A stretch of DNA of 64,000 nt from positions 2,232,001-2,296,000 of the forward strand of contig OZ059896.1 of assembly GCA_964057225.1 (NCBI GenBank), written 5' to 3'. A program made the position numbers and the translations under genes. This DNA comes from Auanema rhodensis (Eukaryota > Animalia > Nematoda). Position 1 is the stretch's first letter; each line of letters starts with the position of its first letter. The notes beneath the pieces were generated by a model. It did no database searches. It was not told the DNA's origin and saw nothing but the letters and a program-made list of their open reading frames with translations. Positions 58,178-64,000 of the stretch are shown here, piece after piece.

Positions 58178-59911
58178 CGCTCAATACAAAAATTAGTTAT
58201 GATCGTTTGAAAAATGATGCATTAGTGTATGTTGAGTTTCCATGTACACTCAACAATGCTTCCAAAAACATTTTGACAAAAATTTTCACGAAAAATTTCA
58301 AAATAATTTCACAAAAAGTAGATGTTTTTAGATTCCTTTTTTCAAGACAAAGACGATGGACATTGTTATTCAACAAAAAAATTAATTCTTCACGGTGAAA
58401 ATCAAGGATATAAGTGTGAACCTATATCAGTTGATATCTCGGTTCATTTTCAAGCTAGCGCAAATCTGATAACACAGATCGACGCAGCTTAAAAATCCGC
58501 ATCGAATGCACTATACTACATGAAGAAACGCTCAATACAAAAATTAGTTATGATTGTTTGAAAAATGATGCATTAGTGTATGTTGAGTTTCCATGTACAC
58601 TCAACATTGCTTCCAAAAACATTTTGACAAACATTTTCCCGAAAAATTTCAGAATAAATTTACAAAAAGTAGATGTTTTTAGATTCCTTTTTTCAAGACA
58701 AAGACGATGGACATTGTTATTCAACGAAAAAATTAATTCTTCACGGTGAAAATCGAGGATATAAGTGTGAACCTATATCAGTTGATATCTCGGTGCATTT
58801 TCAAGCTAGCGCAAATCTGATAACACAGATCGACGCAGCTTAAAAATCCGCATCGAATGCACTATACTACATGGAGAAACGCTCAATACAAAAATTAGTT
58901 ATGATCGTTTGAAAAATGATGCATTAGTGTATGTTGAGTTTCCATGTACACTCAACATTGCTTCCAAAAACATTTTGACAAAAATTTTCCCGAAAAATTT
59001 CAAAATAATTTCACAAAAAGTAGATGTTTTTAGATTCCTTTTTTCAAGACAAAGACGATGGACATTGTTATTCAACAAAAAAATTAATTCTTCAGGGTGA
59101 AAATCGAGGATATAAGTGTGAACTTATATCAGTTGATATCTCGGTGCATTTTTAAGCTAGCGCAAATCTGATAACACAGATCGACGCAGCTTAAAAATCC
59201 ACATCGAATGCACTATACTACATTGGAAAACACTCAATACAAAAATTAGTTATGATCGTTTGAAAAATGATGCATTAGTGTATGTTGAGTTTCCATGTAC
59301 ACTCAACATTGCTTCCAGAAACATTTTGACAAAAATTTTCCCGAAAAATTTCAAAATAATTTCACAAAAAGTAGATGTTTTTAGATTCCTTTTTTCAAGA
59401 CAAAGACGATGGACATTGTTATTCAACAAAAAAATTAATTCTTCAGGGTGAAAATCGAGGATATAAGTGTGAACTTATATCAGTTGATATCTCGGTGCAT
59501 TTTTAAGCTAGCGCAAATCTGATAACACAGATCGACGCAGCTTAAAAATCCACATCGAATGCACTATACTACATTGGGAAACACTCAATACAAAAATTAG
59601 TTATGATCGTTTGAAAAATAATGCATTAGTGTATGTTGAGTTTCCATGTACACTCAACAATGCTTCCAAAAACATTTTGACAAAAATTTTCCCGAAAAAT
59701 TTCAAAATAATTTCACAAAAAGTAGATGTTTTTAGATTCCTTTTTTCAAGACAAAGACGATGGACATTGTTATTCAACAAAAAAATTAATTCTTCACGGT
59801 GAAAATCGAGGATATAAGTGTGAACCTATATCAGTTGATATCTCGGTGCATTTTCAAGCTAACGCAAATCTGATAACACAGATCGACGCAGCTTAAAAAT
59901 CCGCATCGAAT

Positions 59912-59913
59912 GA
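59912..59913. other. 19-bp deletion junction, copy 3
   Basis: Identical cgaatg|acgctc joint; 332-bp step between ORF ends 59802 and 60134. Confidence 0.95.
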
Positions 59914-62900
59914 CGCTCAATACAAAAATTAGTTATGATCGTTTGAAAAATGATGCATTAGTGTATGTTGAGTTTCCATGTACACTCAACAATGCTTCCA
60001 AAAACATTTTGACAAAAATTTTCACGAAAAATTTCAAAATAATTTCACAAAAAGTAGATGTTTTTAGATTCCTTTTTTCAAGACAAAGACGATGGACATT
60101 GTTATTCAACAAAAAAATTAATTCTTCACGGTGAAAATCGAGGATATAAGTGTGAACCTATATCAGTTGATATCTCGGTTCATTTTCAAGCTAGCGCAAA
60201 TCTGATAACACAGATCGACGCAGCTTAAAAATCCGCATCGAATGCACTATACTACATGGAGAAACGCTCAATACAAAAATTAGTTATGATCGTTTGAAAA
60301 ATGATGCATTAGTGTATGTTGAGTTTCCATGTACACTCAACATTGCTTCCAAAAACATTTTGACAAACATTTTCCCGAAAAATTTCAGAATAAATTTACA
60401 AAAAGTAGATGTTTTTAGATTCCTTTTTTCAAGACAAAGACGATGGACATTGTCATTCAACAAAAAAATTAATTCTTCACGGTGAAAATCGAGGATATAA
60501 GTGTGAACCTGTATCAGTTGATATCTCGGTTCATTTTTAAGCTAGCGCAAATCTGATAACACAGATCGACGCAGCTTAAAAATCCGCATCGAATGTACTA
60601 TACTACATTAAGAAACGCTCAATACAAAAATTAGTTATGATTGTTTGAAAAATGATGCATTAGTGTATGTTGAGTTTCCATGTACACTCAACATTGCTTC
60701 CAAAAACATTTTGACAAACATTTTCCCGAAAAATTTCAGAATAAATTTACAAAAAGTAGATGTTTTTAGATTCCTTTTTTCAAGACAAAGACGATGGACA
60801 TTGTTATTCAACGAAAAAATTAATTCTTCACGGTGAAAATCGAGGATATAAGTGTGAACCTATATCAGTTGATATCTCGGTGCATTTTCAAGCTAGCGCA
60901 AATCTGATAACACAGATCGACGCAGCTTAAAAATCCGCATCGAATGCACTATACTACATGGAGAAACGCTCAATACAAAAATTAGTTATGATCGTTTGAA
61001 AAATGATGCATTAGTGTATGTTGAGTTTCCATGTACACTCAACATTGCTTCCAAAAACATTTTGACAAAAATTTTCCCGAAAAATTTCAAAATAATTTCA
61101 CAAAAAGTAGATGTTTTTAGATTCCTTTTTTCAAGACAAAGACGATGGACATTGTTATTCAACAAAAAAATTAATTCTTCAGGGTGAAAATCGAGGATAT
61201 AAGTGTGAACTTATATCAGTTGATATCTCGGTGCATTTTTAAGCTAGCGCAAATCTGATAACACAGATCGACGCAGCTTAAAAATCCACATCGAATGCAC
61301 TATACTACATTGGAAAACACTCAATACAAAAATTAGTTATGATCGTTTGAAAAATGATGCATTAGTGTATGTTGAGTTTCCATGTACACTCAACATTGCT
61401 TCCAAAAACATTTTGACAAAAATTTTCCCGAAAAATTTCAAAATAATTTCACAAAAAGTAGATGTTTTTAGATTCCTTTTTTCAAGACAAAGACGATGGA
61501 CATTGTTATTCAACAAAAAAATTAATTCTTCAGGGTGAAAATCGAGGATATATGTGTGAACTTATATCAGTTGATATCTCGGTGCATTTTTAAGCTAGCG
61601 CAAATCTGATAACACAGATCGACGCAGCTTAAGAATCCGCATCGAATGCACTATACTACATTGGGAAACACTCAATACAAAAATTAGTTATGATCGTTTG
61701 AAAAATGATGCATTAGTGTATGTTGAGTTTCCATGTACACTCAACAATGCTTCCAAAAACATTTTGACAAAAATTTTCCCGAAAAATTTCAAAATAATTT
61801 CACAAAAAGTAGATGTTTTTAGATTCCTTTTTTCAAGACAAAGACGATGGACATTGTTATTCAACAAAAAAACTAATTCTTCACGGTGAAAATCGAGGAT
61901 ATAAGTGTGAACCTATATCAGTTGATATCTCGGTGCATTTTCAAGCTAGCGCAAATCTGATAACACAGATCGACGCAGCTTAAAAATCCGCATCGAATGC
62001 ACTATACTACATGGAGAAACGCTCAATACAAAAATTAGTTATGATCGTTTGAAAAATGATGCATTAGTGTATGTTGAGTTTCCATGTACACTCAACAATG
62101 CTTCCAAAAACATTTTGACAAAAATTTTCCCGAAAAATTTCAAAATAATTTCACAAAAAGTAGATGTTCTTAGATTCCTTTTTTCAAGACAAAGACGATG
62201 GACAATGTTATTCAACGAAAAAATTAAATCTTCAGGGTGAAAATTGAGGATATAAGTGTGAACCTATATCAGTTGATATCTCGGTTCATTTTTAAGCTAG
62301 CGCAAATCTGATAACACAGATCGACGCAGCTTAAAAATCCGCATCGAATGCACTATACTACATGGAGAAACGCTCAATACAAAAATTAGTTATGATCGTT
62401 TGAAAAATGATGCATTAGTGTATGTTGAGTTTCCATGTACACTCAACAATGCTTCCAAAAACATTTTGACAAAAATTTTCCCAAAAAATTTCAAAATAAT
62501 TTCACAAAAAGTAGATGTTTTTAGATTCCTTTTTTCAAGACAAAGACGATGGACAATGTTATTCAACGAAAAAATTAAATCTTCAGGGTGAAAATCGAGG
62601 ATATAAGTGTGAACCTATATCAGTTGATATCTCGGTTCATTTTTAAGCTAGCGCAAATCTGATAACACAGATCGACGCAGCTTAAAAATCCGCATCGAAT
62701 GTACTATACTATATTAAGAAACGCTCAATACAAAAATTAGTTATGATTGTTTGAAAAATGATGCATTAGTGTATGTTGAGTTTCCATGTACACTCAACAT
62801 TGCTTCCAAAAACATTTTGACAAACATTTTCCCGAAAAATTTCAGAATAAATTTACAAAAAGTAGATGTTTTTAGATTCCTTTTTTCAAGACAAAGACGA

Positions 62901-64000
62901 TGGACATTGTCATTCAACAAAAAAATTAATTCTTCACGGTGAAAATCGAGGATATAAGTGTGAACCTATATAAGTTGATATCTCGGTTCATTTTTAAGCT
63001 AGCGCAAATCTGATAACACAGATCGACGCAGCTTAAAAATCCGCATCGAATGCACTATACTACATTAAGAAACGCTCAATACAAAAATTAGTTATGATCG
63101 TTTGAAAAATGATGCATTAGTGTATGTTGAGTTTCCATGTACACACAACATTGCTTCCAAAAACATTTTGACAAAAATTTTCCCGAAAAATTTCAAAATA
63201 ATTTTACAAAAAGTAGATGTTTTTAGATTTCTTTTTTCAAGACAAAGACGATGGACATTGTCATTCAACAAAAAAATTAAATCTTCACAGTGAAAATCGA
63301 GGATATAAGTGTGAACCTATATCAGTTGATATCTCGGTGCATTTTTAAGCTAGCGCAAATCTGATAACACAGATCGACGCAGCTTAAAAATCCGCATCGA
63401 ATGCACTATACTATATTAAGCAACGCTCAATACAAAAATTAGTTATGATCGTTTGAAAAATGATGCATTAGTGTATGTTGAGTTTCCATGTACACTCAAC
63501 ATTGCTTCCAAAAACATTTTGACAAAAATTTTCCCGAAAAATTTCAAAATAATTTCACAAAAAGTAGATGTTTTTAGATTCCTTTTTTCAAGACAAAGAC
63601 GATGGACATTGTTATTCAACAAAAAAATTAATTCTTCACGGTGAAAATCGAGGATATAAGTGTGAACTTATATCAGATGATATCTCGGTGCATTTTCAAG
63701 CTAGCGCAAATCTGATAACACAGATCGACGCAGCTTAAAAATCCGCATCGAATGCACTATACTACATGGAGAAACGCTCAATACAAAAATTAGTTATGAT
63801 CGTTTGAAAAATGATGCATTAGTGTATGTTGAGTTTCCATGTACACTCAACAATGCTTCCAAAAACATTTTGACAAAAATTTTCCCGAAAAAATTCAAAA
63901 TAATTTCACAAAAAGTAGATGTTTTTAGATTCCTTTTTTCAAGACAAATACGATGGACATTGTTATTCAACAAAAAAATTAATTCTTCACGGTGAAAATC

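Larger units (their letters stand above)
56799..64000 (-). repeat. Same 351-bp satellite in inverted orientation, ~20.5 copies, three of them 332 bp
   Basis: Sequence from 56799 (ctacatggagaaacgctcaatacaaaaattagttatgatcgtttgaaa) is the reverse complement of the monomer. The monomer ORF switches from the - to the + strand. ORF ends are spaced 351 bp apart except for three 332-bp steps. The array runs off the right edge. Confidence 0.99.

Noticed and set aside
32108-60134. Longer 86-, 82- and 74-aa ORF versions
   Set aside because: They are explained by single substitutions or by the 19-bp deletion supplying upstream starts.
166-63995. ~180 copies of a 63-aa ORF (MKNDALVYVEF...) as a tandem gene array
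   Set aside because: It starts at TTG, has no recognisable domain, and its K/F/N/I-rich composition reflects A/T tracts. Most visible variants change amino acids. Stops occur in four units (near 7576, 16770, 18876, 27936), and one stop has been duplicated. Conservation is no higher than in the rest of the monomer. Ribo-seq or proteomics would be needed to revive it.
1-64000. CRISPR array or integron-like cassette array (hairpin repeats)
   Set aside because: There are no unique spacers or cassettes, because the entire unit is repeated, and there is no cas or integrase gene.
56217-64000. Inverted arm as a pure chimeric-read or assembly mirror artefact
   Set aside because: The right arm has its own repeated deletion and private variants, a different monomer order and a mismatch at 56524/56835, so it is not a copy of the adjacent left sequence. 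Read support for the joint should still be verified.

Overview
The whole 64-kb window is one eukaryote-style satellite DNA array, with no recognisable gene, RNA gene, transposon or CRISPR locus. It holds about 182 near-identical copies of an AT-rich 351-bp monomer (about 32% GC by hand count of copy 1). About 162 copies run head-to-tail in one orientation (1-56798). The array then flips abruptly at 56798|56799, and about 20.5 copies run in the opposite orientation to the window end. The repeated 63-aa ORF is a TTG-started by-product of the monomer, but its variants are useful barcodes. These barcodes show four things. (i) The flip looks like a fold-back inverted duplication, with ~344-bp mirror arms carrying the same rare variant around a 238-bp spacer and a blunt joint. 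(ii) A 19-bp deletion is confined to the inverted arm and covers the same monomer position as the inversion breakpoint. (iii) There are nested higher-order repeats of 3, 4, 6, 9, 13 and 17/18 monomers. (iv) An older ~13-14-mer order is shared by both arms. Each monomer is also packed with dyad symmetries and A/T tracts, and polymorphism looks concentrated at CpGs. I cannot name the satellite family or the organism. A centromeric or heterochromatic role is an inference, and I found no support for a novel protein-coding system.
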